A stretch of 18,533 bases of DNA from Azolla caroliniana (GCA_043228905.1 JBHGNT010000646.1:1-18533); one strand, 5' to 3'. Counted from the stretch's first letter, positions 1 to 12,800 are shown. The notes: generated from the letters alone by a model not told the origin. Numbers and translations are program-made.

Positions 1-2313
1 CGACGATTTTTAGAATAGAAAAAACCCTATGGGAAAGTGACATTTAGGTAATTGCTAATCCGAAGAAATATTTCATACATTAGTAGTTTATTTTAATGTA
101 TTTGTGAAACAATAAAGCAACATGAATATGTATTCATTTTAATTTATAATAGGGATTTAATTAATTTTCGCTTGGAATAAAAAAATTGCAGTTTTTAAGC
201 AGTTATAAATAAAACTCGTTAAATGTGGATTTTACTTACATAAAAAATTGTATTACCCACCTTTCATGTAAACAATATTAAACAATTATTCATACTGATT
301 TGTGGTTCTCCAAAATTTCATTGCTTCATGTAATTTTTGTTATATTTAATGTCTAATTACAAAAAAATCTTAAAAATAATATTTAAATTGTTAATTTTGT
401 CAAATTTCGAAAAATTAAGTAAACATTTGAAGTGTAGTTTTAATAGAAATAATTTGATCAATATTCAGTTGTTAACTTTTAAAAAACAAATGTACTACAT
501 GCAAATAAGGGAATATTTTAAATAATTAATTGATTTTAAAAATTATATGATTATTATTGACGTGCTTGAAAACTGCGTTGAATAGTTTAAAATGTTTTTA
601 CGCGATATTTTAAAATGTTCAGTTAAAGGCCTAAAATCAATAAACAGTTTTTAAGTAATTGGGTTATTTCGCTAAGTGCTTGTTTTCAATAAAACTTTCG
701 AATGGATTCATAAATTTATTAGTGTCACTTTATTAATTGGAGCAGCGCGGACTTTAGGGTTCTAGTTTTGCAAATTTATTTAACTAATACGAAATTTCCA
801 TGAAAAGCTTTGATAGCAACGCGAATTTGGGTTATTAATTAAAATCACTGGACGTTGTTTAATCATTAAAATAGTCTATGATTCGGTACTAATCTAAAGC
901 AAATACATGTGGGGTGTATTGTTTAATTTTAAATTGGTGATGTGCAAATGCTTTCACCGCCATTTTTTTTGTAAAAAAAGTAAACCTATAATAAAAAATA
1001 AATGATATAAAATAACTACATTGTGAACGTAACTATCGGGAAATTGGTTTAAGTTTTTAGTTTTAGATATTTTAATACATATTCATTTAAATATTATTAC
1101 TATCATTTTTTACTTTTATAGTTGCTTTTTAAAATGTATTTATAATTCACATCTTAGGGCAATATTTTTTTATTTAATCGATTCGAAACATAAGACTGCT
1201 TTGGATAAAAAGCAAATATTTTCTGTCTTGTTTTAGTAACATGGGGCATAAAGTTATTTGATTATAAGTTAAATTAATATAATAAATAATGTACTCTTGT
1301 TTGCGCGAGGCTTTTACAGAATTTAACATACAATGTGTGTGTCCGGAGGAACGACTGCGAACATTTCACTTTATAAAACAATATAGGCGAACCAGAAAGA
1401 AGTTTTCGGACCGCGAATTTAATTTCAGCAAAACATGCAAAGCAAAACTGCGTCAATTTTCATTAAATAATAACAAAGAATAAGTACCGCGCTGTAATTG
1501 CCTGAGCAACTTTCTGCTCGGTAAAGGTCGATTGTTTTATTTACCTCAATCTGTAATTATGTTTTGAGTTAAAAAGTTTTATAACAACGGCTTCAGAGGT
1601 AAACTAAAAAGAAAAGATGAAAGCTTAATTAAAACAATATCATATTTCTTTTTAGTTTAATTAAAAACTAAATTACAATTTAAGCTGAACACGAAAACAA
1701 GTATATTTTTCATATTTATTTATACCTTCAACACAGTGCTTTATTAACGAAATAAAAACATTAGAACTCTTTTAGTTGTTCAAATATTAATCCCTGTATT
1801 TTATTCAAAAAACAACAAAATATAAATTAATTTGAATCATTATCTGCTTATTGCTGCGCTGAGCTGGATAAAATTTCCTCAATTATTTTTAATGGGTGCG
1901 CGTTGGAGATGAATCTAAACGGTTTTATGTCTGGAGTCCTTTCATAAACCGTTTCCCAATAAGACTGCGCGATATTTGACAACAGTGCATTGCAACGTCT
2001 TAAGTCACTTCGTCAGAAATATTCAATTAGTCACTTACATAATAAATATATTTTACTTCTGATCTCTTAACAATACTTAAACTTAAATTTGTAAAAATAT
2101 TTTGCGAGAAATAATTTTAAGAAATCAAACTACATAATTACATTTTTATGAAAATTTAGCGAAGTGTAATAGAGTTCTGGTTAAAATTAATTTTTATTGA
2201 TTCTTACCCCCCAATTATTAATATTATTAATTTTTATCTAGTAATATTAAAACGCCATTAAGGGACCTTATACTTCTAAATGGCATTCTTTAATTAGGTT
2301 AAATGAATCTTAT

Positions 2314-2660
2314 AAATCTATAGTTTTGTAGAAAACCAAACCTATGTTTAAAATATTTCATCCTAACGAGATCTTACTCCCTGTTTCGAACTATGTCAGT
2401 TTTCATCAGGAAAGCTAGTCGAAGGATGAATATTTCCAAAAAGTTTTCATACTTAACCAATATTTGTTGGTATCAAACAGTTTACAATTGATCTGACGCG
2501 CCATCTATCATTAACAATAGAAATCAAGGCGACACAGACGACATCTAGCGACAGTTCCAAAGGCGGACGAAATGTGTAACAGACCGAGTTTTCGTCCGAG
2601 ACGTGTTAAAAATAAGGGAAATGGTGCGCTTCATACTTGCTCGGGAACAATAATAATCTA
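2314..2660 (-). mobile_element. Hammerhead-containing ~340 bp repeat monomer (putative non-LTR retrozyme / Penelope-associated non-autonomous element), copy 1
   Basis: Colinear with 18040-18370 (102/120 identical over the first 120 nt, hand count) and reverse-complementary to 2661-2960. It runs from TCTA at 2317 to the equivalent TCTA at 2657, i.e. one 340-bp unit. It carries a hammerhead motif on the minus strand. Confidence 0.8.
2357..2430 (-). ncRNA. Degenerate hammerhead ribozyme (likely inactive)
   Basis: Minus strand reads CTGATGA AAAC TGACATA GTTC GAAA CAG GGA GTAAG. G10.1 is changed to A, the palindrome is lost and the cleavage triplet is GGA instead of GUA. The outer helix I (TTCATCCT/AGGATGAA) is retained. 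Confidence 0.75.
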
Positions 2661-2745
2661 GAGATATTCATCTTTCGACTAGCTTTCCTGATGAGAACTG
2701 ATATAGTTCGAAACCGGTAGTAAGATGAAGTTAGGATAAAATCTC
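2661..2745 (+). ncRNA. Type I hammerhead ribozyme with intact catalytic core
   Basis: CTGATGA 2688-2694; helix II GAAC 2695-2698 / GTTC 2706-2709 with loop TGATATA; GAAA 2710-2713; palindrome ACCGGT 2713-2718; cleavage triplet GTA 2717-2719. Helix I is CTTTC/GTAAG (one U-U mismatch) and is closed distally by GAGAT 2661-2665 / ATCTC 2741-2745. Confidence 0.88.
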
Positions 2746-2960
2746 TCAAATATAGGTTTGGTTTTCTACCAAACTATAGATTTTTTATGTTCCCGCTCAA
2801 GTATGAAAAGAAATATTCGCCGTGTTTTCAACACGTCTTGGACGAAATCTCGATCAGTGACATTTTTTAGTCCGACTTTGGAATTGTCGCTAGATGTCGT
2901 CTGTCTCGCCTTGATTTCTACCACCGCTAATGGTAGATGGCATGTTAAACCAATTGTAAA
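2661..2960 (+). mobile_element. Inverted, circularly permuted ~300 bp partial monomer of the same repeat, copy 2
   Basis: 2661-2780 is the reverse complement of 2317-2436 (105/120 ungapped, hand count). 2777-2960 is the reverse complement of 2481-2660 (about 80% by eye). The copy starts at the 5' base of the hammerhead helix I. Confidence 0.8.
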
Positions 2961-3430
2961 ATCATATTAACAGTAATAATACCATAAATAGATTCATAAA
3001 ATTTAAACCATTGTGCTCTATACACAATAATAATGTAAAACTCGGTTATTAAAAGCTGTTTCATTTTCGTCTTTTATTTTGAATTTTCATAAAAAAAAAA
3101 TTGTAATAATATTGCTTTTGTTACACCAAGTCTTTATATACTTATATACTTTCAAACACAATTTTTCAATAATACCATAAATATTTAATGTATTATCCTG
3201 ATGTGCTTGTAACTTTTTTAATTTAAATATATTTTCCACGATTTTTGCAGCTGATATTGATCATGGGACGAACTGTATATTATCCGATGAACAGTATTGA
3301 TTTAAATATTTACGGCTAAACACTTTCAATCAGTTAAACAAGAATACTGACAAATATATAAAATAAAGTTTCTGGTTTTCAAGATACAAATGTGACTGTT
3401 AATTATATCAATATAAAAATATTACCTCTA

Positions 3431-3441
3431 TAGATGGCGCT
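3431..3441 (+). promoter_or_regulatory. CTCF-like motif TAGATGGCGCT
   Basis: Matches the insect CTCF core AG(A/G)(T/G)GGCGC at the edge of a GC-elevated patch. Motif match only. Confidence 0.35.
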
Positions 3442-6400
3442 ACAATATGCCCGCCAGTCAGTTGATGGTGATGATGATGGGGTGTGTTATGCCTAGGCAA
3501 CACTTCGTTTAAGTCTTCGTACAGCCCAGTAGCTGCTGCTCCATCACAGTTATTTTGGGGTGAATTTTTACAAGGTAAGAAGTTTTGTACTCTTTTATAT
3601 CTGAAACAAAGAATAAACACGACATAATTAATATGCTAGACAAGGAAAGATCAATTGAAATAGACAATAATATAATATTGTATGGCTCTAGTAAAATACA
3701 TTTGATTTTATTCGTAAGAGATACAGGATTAAATATATAGTTGTTATATTTTTTTACTATATTTTCTTTTTATCCACCTCTGTTTTAGATTATACGTATT
3801 TACTGGTTTTCCGTTTTGGATTGAGCATTTTCAAAAAAGCGAGTTTTAAATTTTTTTAATTTGGTTAAATTTAGGACTAAAAAACTTACTGACTTAAATT
3901 GGTCAAAACTGATCTTTAAATATGGATGTAGTTTAATAATAAAAAACTTATTGTAAGTTAAAATTACATAAGTTAATAAAGGTAACCCAAAAAAAAAAAA
4001 CGTCGCATTAAAGATCTAATAACGCCTTATTGGATAAAATAAAAAGGAGACAGGTAAGTTTAAATTTATTATATATGTTTTCAAATAAAGTAGGAATAAT
4101 ATAATAACAAAACACAACATTTTTATGGGATAACTCCTTATTTCATTGACAAAATGATGAATATTACTTAAATAAATGCAAAAAAAATCTGTCTTGATTG
4201 TTATATCATTCAAAGAATATAAATTACACGTTTGTTTTGTTTCTATGTTTTGAAGCTACGTGCAAACATCTCTTGAAACGATAAAAAAAAAGAAATAAAT
4301 ACGAACAATTAATAACTAAATAAAATACTTTTAAATATATAATACTGTTTAGTTAAACTTAAAAATGGTTAAAACACATTGCTTTAAAATATCAATTTTC
4401 TAACTAAACTGCATATTATCACTAAATTTATAACTCGCATTTTACTACATTGCATTGTTAGAATGTCAGCAAATAGAAGAACAAAATAGATAATTCGGAG
4501 TAGTTTTCAACAAACTTGACACCGAGATGATTTACTGCAAATAACATTTCAAACTTTGTTTTATCAAACAAGGGAGTTTCGAACTAACAAAAGCCAATTT
4601 GCCAGTAAAATGAATGCATATTTTCAAATAGCCATATTCCAAACAAATTGTATAGACATATTTTAAAATATGTATAACATTTATAACATCGTTACACCAT
4701 CTGTTTAAGAGTCGAAAAAATATTCAAATAGAATTTGTAATGTATTCATTTACTTGTCAGGTTATTCTTTAAAAAATACAATTGGACATGAAGAAAAATG
4801 ATAGCTTATTTCACAGGACATTTTTAACATTTCTACAGAATACACACCTTAAAATAATCTCTGGGACAAGATATAAGTTACAGAAAACGATATTTAGTAA
4901 AAGTGTCGACGTATTTATATTAGAATAGTTGGTAATTACCATTTTTTTGTAAGAAAATACTTCCTGTATCCGTGTAAAAATATGCAAATAAAAAAGATAT
5001 TTGTTTAGATTGGATAGACTATTAAATAAACAATTTATTAGTTTAGTTTTGATAAGGTCGTTTATTTAGTAATTTTACGCCTTCGGAACAGGTTGCGTTA
5101 CCAATTTGAAGTTTGATTCCATTCTATTTTGCTTCAAGGACAACTGTATTTATTAAATGCAATACAAAACATTTTGATATTAACTCTTCCTTATCGATAT
5201 ATTTCATATATTATACATAAATGTTAGTTAGTTTTAGTTAAGTGAACTAAACTAAAATGGTGACGAATTTTGAGCTAGTTTAAAGAAAAATATCCAGTAT
5301 TATCAAATTTGTTGACACTAAGTTAAGTAGGATTAACAATCGGAGGTATGCAAAGATACTAAAAACAAAGATTAAATTGATAATATATGCTCTAAGGACC
5401 CAATAAAAAATTGGTTTTAATCATGTTAAAGACAATTCAAAAGTTTCAGTGTCTCCTAAATTTTACTAGCTTCATTTAAATACTGAGAGATTTCTTCTCA
5501 TTACAAATATGTGACTTTGTAATCGACAGGGTTTTTTCAATCCAATAAGCGACTTTACTTATGGCAAGAAAATTTTCATTTTAGTATATGTTGTATTATA
5601 CATTATTATATTTAATAAACAATCATGATATAAGGTAAATAAATCATGAATATGTATCCAATTACTATTAGTCGTTCCAGTATTTAAAAAGCCTAGTGAC
5701 GCTTAATTTGCTAGTAGTTAATTAAAATTGAAACAAAGAAAGATACAAAACAGCAACAAATGACACCAAATTTGGATCATCTAATATTTCTGTCAGAAAC
5801 AAAGACAAGTAGGCCACAGAACGAAACAATGTCTCTGATGTGAATATGTAAGTATTATCCTATTTTGCACGACTGCACAAAGAATATGTCTAACTCAAAA
5901 TTAAGTTATAAAAGTTTTCGACAAGAAAATTATCTTTTAGATATAACGTAACTGTCTTTGACGCTTGCTTAAGCTATATTTTTTAAAAAAGTTTTTTATG
6001 CGAATTAAATGCTTATTTATGTTTTAAAAACGTTTACAAGGGAAATGCAAAATATGCTAGCAAAATTTTTTTTCTTTTGTATTAGTCAGTTTAAATATAA
6101 TGTAATTCTATGTAGTATTATCTCAGTTTTTCAATTTTCAAAAACTGTGAAGGGTAGTTTGGTAAGTCTTTTTGAGAATATATTCTCAGCCCTTGACTGG
6201 TGTATATTTTCAAGTCTCATAGAAATACGTAAGTCCGTATTAATTTTTATAGTATAGATAGGTTAATGACATAACGCTTTATAGTATTTTCTAAGTTACA
6301 TCAAAAGAAGGACTTACACAGGACAACATCTCTATTACCGAAACTTTGTACGTTATCTTTGAGATACGTGTTTAGAAAACTGGATTGGTCATAAGGCAGC

Positions 6401-9400
6401 ATTAATTTAAATGGTCAAAAGATACTATAGAAATTCAAAGCACGATGAATGGAGTGTTTCTAAAAATTCGATTCAAATGACTTGACGAAACAAAATCAAA
6501 AGCGATACTTATTATGAAAGACAATATGATTCGGGTGGAAAATCAGAAAGTAAATGGATTTAAGAAATATACGTGTCTTGGTCAAAAAATTGTAGTTGAA
6601 AGGGAAAATCAAACAGTAGAGCTTCAAAGAATAACAGAGGAGCCCTGAGAGGCGTTGGATAAACTGATTTATATACTCAAAATCAAAACAAAAATATTTC
6701 ATATATATATTCTACTATAATGTACTACAAAGCGGACAATTCCACAATTGTATCAAATAATCTAAATAAGCTAAGTAATGCCACATGTAATGAAGCAATG
6801 TTGAAAAAAAATATAAATATCCGAAAAAAATTAATAAATTAGATAAACAACCAAAATATCATATATAGAGACGGGCAGCAAATATATAGTGGTTCTATGT
6901 TGGATATGGCAAAAAAAGTGGTAATAAATGGCTAAATAATTGTAGCCTTACGCCTTAACAAAACCTAGAGGATAAAAATCAAAAGATCCGTAAGTGGGCG
7001 AAAAGTGCAATTTAAATAGAAAAATCAATCCATTTCAAAACAATTAAAAAAACTCTTAAAAAATAAATTAAAAACAAAACATAAAATGTTTTTAATCTGT
7101 TTTAAAAGTATTTAGAAACTCCAGTTTTCTTACAATTAAAGATTAACTTTTGGGTTGTCAATCAATGATATACAGAATCTCTTCTCTCCCTCTTTCTCCA
7201 AAACAGCTTTAGAAGTAAACTTTTTATTAAAAATATTGCTTTTATTTTAAATTTTTAAAAAGGTGTACCAGAAAATTCATTAAAAAAATTAGTTGTACCT
7301 AATATATCCAAAGTCGAAGGCTATTTTATTTTTGTCTATATTCAGAAACCGAGGCAGATTTAAAATACTGGTAATGTCTCTACTATGATGTAATTAAAAA
7401 ACTCTTAATTGCTACTAGTTATTAGAACGTTTTCAAGTTTACCATAAATCACTTAAACAGCAGATTTCAAAGGGCCACTCTATCATCCTGCCACTTTATC
7501 CAGCAATATCGGAATTCGCGATTTCCCTTCGTGACAAAAGGATCCGCCTTCGTCGAGGTATTCACAGTATCACCGAATATGCAACCGATGCAAAGTTTAA
7601 AATAATTAATCAGTCGCCTTATTATCGCAGGGCATCCATTAGGGCGCCCAGGAAGTCATTAGAGAGCCCGAAGGCTAATGGGGCACCCTCAGAGTCACTT
7701 ATCAGTCGTCTAGCGTGGCCCGTGCCAAGCGCGACCCTTTCATTCAGGAAAGCACGAGCGGGTCAAATGTTTGGCGTGATTTCGAAGTAAATCGCGTATT
7801 TGGAGATTTACGACTACATTTTTATTTTGTTGGCTTAAGTTTCCTTTAGGTTTATTACATCTTAAATAATAAATATAATACTGTATTGTTTACTAGAAAT
7901 AATCATTACACAATGCTCAAAATATTTATAAATTATATATACATTTATTATTAATAAGGCTTATATTTCTTAAAATGTTAAGAATTGGTTTAACTTGATT
8001 ATTTATATGTTGTAGAATTGTCATTAAGGAACTATGTGGCCAAAACAAGAAGTGTGACAGCTTTTAATTTTACTGTCGATTTATGTTTTGCACATTGTAT
8101 TTGTTATCTCTTTTTTTGTTTAAATGAAGCATTAGGTCAGACTTAAACACATGTGAATATCTTTATACATTACGTTACTGTTTTTGGCCGCATCGTTGGT
8201 TACTAACATAAAAATCCCTTAACAAATTACATCACCATGTAACAAAATTGTCACATAGGTCAGCTTAAAATTATGACACGTTAGTGGATAATAATTTACA
8301 TATATATTATTTACATATCGAGGTTCCTACCACGTTTTTGTAACTAAAAATCGGAGAAGTGTCTGAATAGCTAGTGATGCAAACTATTTTATTGGGAGTA
8401 TCAGCCTTGACAGATACTTAGGGGGCCACGTTTTGTAATAATATGACAAAATAAATTATTTTAAAGAATTATAAAAATATCGTTACCCTTTCTGCAGGTC
8501 AAGCGATGACTCTCACTTGATAATTCCAAGATATATTTTCACCGATACTGATATTTATGCAATAATATCTTGCTATCTACTGCAAATTATTCAAGGTAAT
8601 CTTAATAAAAAAATATCCATATTGTAAACATGTTAATTCTCTTTAGTCCACTGCATTTAATTTTCGTAGGCAGCAATCTATAAAATGTATACTGAAGAAA
8701 ATTGTCTTGTTTTCGATACCAAATGAATGTTCTATGGTGCACAATGTGGATATGTTTTATCTCTTTCAAAAATTTGTTTAACCAGGTCTAAAATATTCTA
8801 AAATATATTTTATACATATTAACACAAACCTCGCAATAAACGTATAATTAAATAAAATCTTAGTTTGACCTTTGAACCAGTTATCGGGTACCGCCACTGA
8901 GGCTCGTTTTATTATTATCATTACAAAACCGGTCTTAAAGGGGTTTATTTGTAAGAGGGCACAATCTACATGGAAAGGGGATTTCGAGGTATCTGCTATA
9001 GTCTGGATTTCATCGAGATAACGCTACCTATATAAGCAAAAAGGTGTTTGGATTTCGGGATGGCCCCATTTAAGATGGGATTTGCTTTTAAGAGATAAGT
9101 ATAAGAATAAAATTAGAAATAAGTCGTCAGTAATTTATTTTGAAAAAAAAAAGATTTCAAAGTTGTAAACATTAAGTTCACATTTTTTAAATGATTATAA
9201 TTTTAATACTTTTTTTTCACAAGTTACCACCAAAATAATATTAAAATGTAACTAATACCACTAGGTTACTATTTTTCTTAAAGTACAATATATTTTTATA
9301 TATCTACTAACAAATTCAAATTTAAAATCATGCTGACATAAACTCATTTTCTTGGGCTAGTTATATGCAAGTTTGCTGGATTAAAAGTAGAATCGGTGAC

Positions 9401-9864
9401 GCCCAACTTAAAAACGTCGAAAATACAACATTTTAAATAATTTTTGACGTAATATAAATACTAATTAGAAAGTTTTAATGCACCTTGTATTATTTCCAGA
9501 TGTTTCAACTCACCATTTTTTTAACACTTAAAATAAAATATGTTTCTAAATTTTTCTTTCAAGGAAATTTAAATCTAACATTTCAAATACAATTTAATAA
9601 AAACGTTGTATAAGAGATTTTGTTTTCTTTATTTTAAAATAAATATTTACTGCCACCACATTATAATTTTATTTTATTAATAATTCCCTCCAAACCCCCC
9701 AAGAAATTGTTTCTCAAATAATGGAGTGTAATTATCATGAAAAGCGGATATGTACCAGTTTTTAAAACGTCCTAAGAATTCCCAAATTAATAGCACTTAA
9801 ATATACATCTGTATATTAAAGTGCTTTTTTTTATCAAGAAGTGTGGGCTAAAATTACCGTCATA

Positions 9865-9882
9865 TATTATTATTATTATTAT
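9865..9882. repeat. (TAT)6 microsatellite
   Basis: Six perfect TAT units read directly. Confidence 0.8.
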
Positions 9883-12800
9883 AATATTCTTGGTATTATT
9901 TTTTTTATGACTATTTTATGATCAGTATATATACAGTTTATTAGTAAATAGATTTCACAAAAAAAAACGATATGATTTATTTATTTGTATTTTATTTTGT
10001 TCGTAACCCCAGAAATGTTCATGCAAAGGTAAGCTCATATCTGGCAACCTTAGTGACAAGCTTCCTTGGAAAAACAAATAAAAAAGATATGCTTTATACC
10101 TCAGATACAAAAATGTAATAGTTAGGTTAAGACCCATTTACTTTAACAATTTCTTTTAACAACAATTTAGCATTGGAAAATCTTAAAATATACAATTTGC
10201 TTGATACACAACAACCGAAATATCTTACTCTTGTGGAGCTGCAAACGCTTGTTTTTCCTAGATATCACCAATATATAATATACCTAATAAAGGGATCCTT
10301 GGCTAAACAAAAAAAACTCATATTTCTTAACCCAAAGTACTATTAAATATAATTAAAAAAACCCAACGAATTACTCAGTCTCCTGTACTGGAGCATATAT
10401 GATTCGCACTTACACAAGCCAAATCAAATCACAAATTTTTTTAAAGCAAAATTGTATACTACAAAAATATTGTTGTAACCTCAATCAGATATCCCTTTAA
10501 CGAAATTCCCCTTAATTTAACACTTCTTGATTGCGTTAGCCGGAATAATCAAACAATACGGCTATTTTCCGTACGCGCGGCACATTTCAAATTCACAACT
10601 AACTGATAAAGCGGCGGTTTCCTTTGTCTTTAAACGAAATGAAGTAGAAAACGTTTCTAAGATAGTTAATTCCAGTTAATTCTGTTGGACTGTAAAGTGC
10701 CGTAATTTTGTCAGCTTCCTGTTAAACCGAACTTTACAAACTGCTGGTGTCGCCCAGACAGGCGCATATTTGAAGTTTTCGGGTAAAATGAATTAAAATT
10801 TTAATATTCTTGGATCGGCTTTATCAGAAAATTAATTATTTCGTTTTGTGAAATTTTATAATTAAGGGTTTGTGAGGGAAATTTGTTGAAATTGGATTAT
10901 ACATAAATCAATTTCGGTTTATTTCCAAAAGAGTTGATCTCCATTAAATATGAACAAAAAATATTCCATCAACAAAAAAAAACTATATATTTGGACTAAT
11001 TTTACTAAAAGCTCAATAACCCGTATTACAATTAATATGAATCTTTTATGATATTGAAAGAACAACAAACAGAAAGGCACACAAAAGAAAACTAATGATG
11101 TTTTATTCAATTTAAAAATCGCCCACAAAAAGGAAATTTAAAATAAAATTGACAAAAATAGATAAAGATTTTTTTATTAAAAAAAACGTTTAAAACGTAA
11201 AATCCATCAAGATCCATTTTCACCCGAGTTGGCAAAACAAAGGGGCCGTTACAAAAAGCCTCTCATAGAAAAAAGTACAGCCGTATAATCACAGAAATAA
11301 AACAATACTTTCCTTTACCGAATAAAGTAAAAGGAATGTTAACAAAAGCGCATGATTTTTAGTAAACTAATCCGATTAAATAATACAAATACAATTTATT
11401 GTTTGTGCTTAGCAACTTTGTCTTCAAAAATTGTAATATTGAAAGTAGTGGGTGACGTATTTTTGGGTTCAAAAAAACTTATGTAAACTGGCATTTTTGT
11501 AATGTTTAAATAATATTTCTTCTTTACAACAAGCATAACGACAATCATGTTTACCAATTAAGCAAACTATTTTTAAGATGTTTAATTTATTTACTTAAAT
11601 AAATATAAATCAATAGGTTTTTAATTATTTAAACAATTTAATGTTTTCACAATTTAAACACTTCTTGATAATTCCTATTTTACAGAAAGTTAAGAATTTG
11701 AAAACTATATTTTATCTGAAACTCCCAGCAAAACAGGACTACTTGGAGATCACAACAGCAATAGTTTAATTTCGCCAAATTAAAGTCAAACAATAAGACT
11801 AAAACCTAAAAGACTTTGCAGACCATATCTTGTGAGATCTTTGGTAATTTATACCTAAAACAAAGATAAAAAACTACAAAATGGAATTAATAAGAACCCC
11901 CCTTCACAGTGGGGGCAGAGGTGATACCCGGTGATCTCTAATGCATGAATACCATAAAGGGAGCCAGACTTGATAGCCGAAATTATTGTGTCTAATAACC
12001 CCTCTATTCTGTCTTTTGAAACTGGTATTAAACTGTAGGTTACTTCTATCTGCGTGTATACCTTAATTCGCTCGATCCAAATAGTTGCAGAGAGGCGTCT
12101 ACGCTTGTGAGAGGGTATGGGAAGAAGTATATTTTATTTTAATAGCCTAGACGTTTAGATACATATTTCAACTAGTTAAAAAAAATACATTTTTTTGGTA
12201 TTATTTTTTTCGATTATGTTATAGAGCTATCAGAACACATCCTGTTACATGAAGAGCCTCTTTAATATAATATAAAATCCGAGAAACACAACAATATTAG
12301 TAAACTTAAGAAAAATATTCATCTCTCTTTGAACGTACCCTGCTTCCAACTTTTGCAAAAAATCTAAGAAAGACAATACAAGACGTCGAGAAAGAATTAA
12401 AATTTTTTAAAAATATAATCAGTTTCTTCGTGCACTCGAGACTAAAAACCGCTTATTAAATTTACACTACATTCAAATAATTAATACTCATTACTGTCTC
12501 GATAATCGTAAACGACTGCAATGAAATAGCCGATTAAACGACACAGCAATTTATTACAGCAGGCCGGCAATTAAGACCGCAAGAAATCTCCTGCTAAATT
12601 GGAGCTCGGATTCAAATACCATAAAACGTGACATTTTACCGTGAAGAACAGCTGTTTTTCTCATATATTGTGCTCGTCGCAGTCTAAAACGCGCCATCAA
12701 TATTAAACAGACTTTTTTAGTAGTCTCTCGGTAAAACTAAGTTATGTGGCTTTTTTAGACCTTTATTGAATTTTTAATAAAAAGTTCGATTGTTCTCCTC

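Noticed and set aside
2314-2960. CRISPR array or other prokaryotic feature
   Set aside because: No short regularly spaced repeats, no operons, and coding density near zero.
2306-2967. Possible target-site duplication AATCTTAT (2306-2313) / AATCATAT (2960-2967)
   Set aside because: Only 7/8 identical in very AT-rich DNA, and no equivalent at the 18 kb locus; not distinguishable from chance.
3464-3480. Poly-His tract in ORF 3408-3620
   Set aside because: By-product of a short imperfect (GAT)n run.
4850-4990. Possible decayed MITE-like internal sequence (also about 6320-6380 and 12200-12250)
   Set aside because: Impression only; no terminal repeats or second copy could be demonstrated within the window.
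8692-8720. Other CUGANGA boxes (8692 +, 15263 +, 2010 -, 9124 -, 15574 -)
   Set aside because: None is followed by a proper helix II plus GAAA and NUH; expected by chance.
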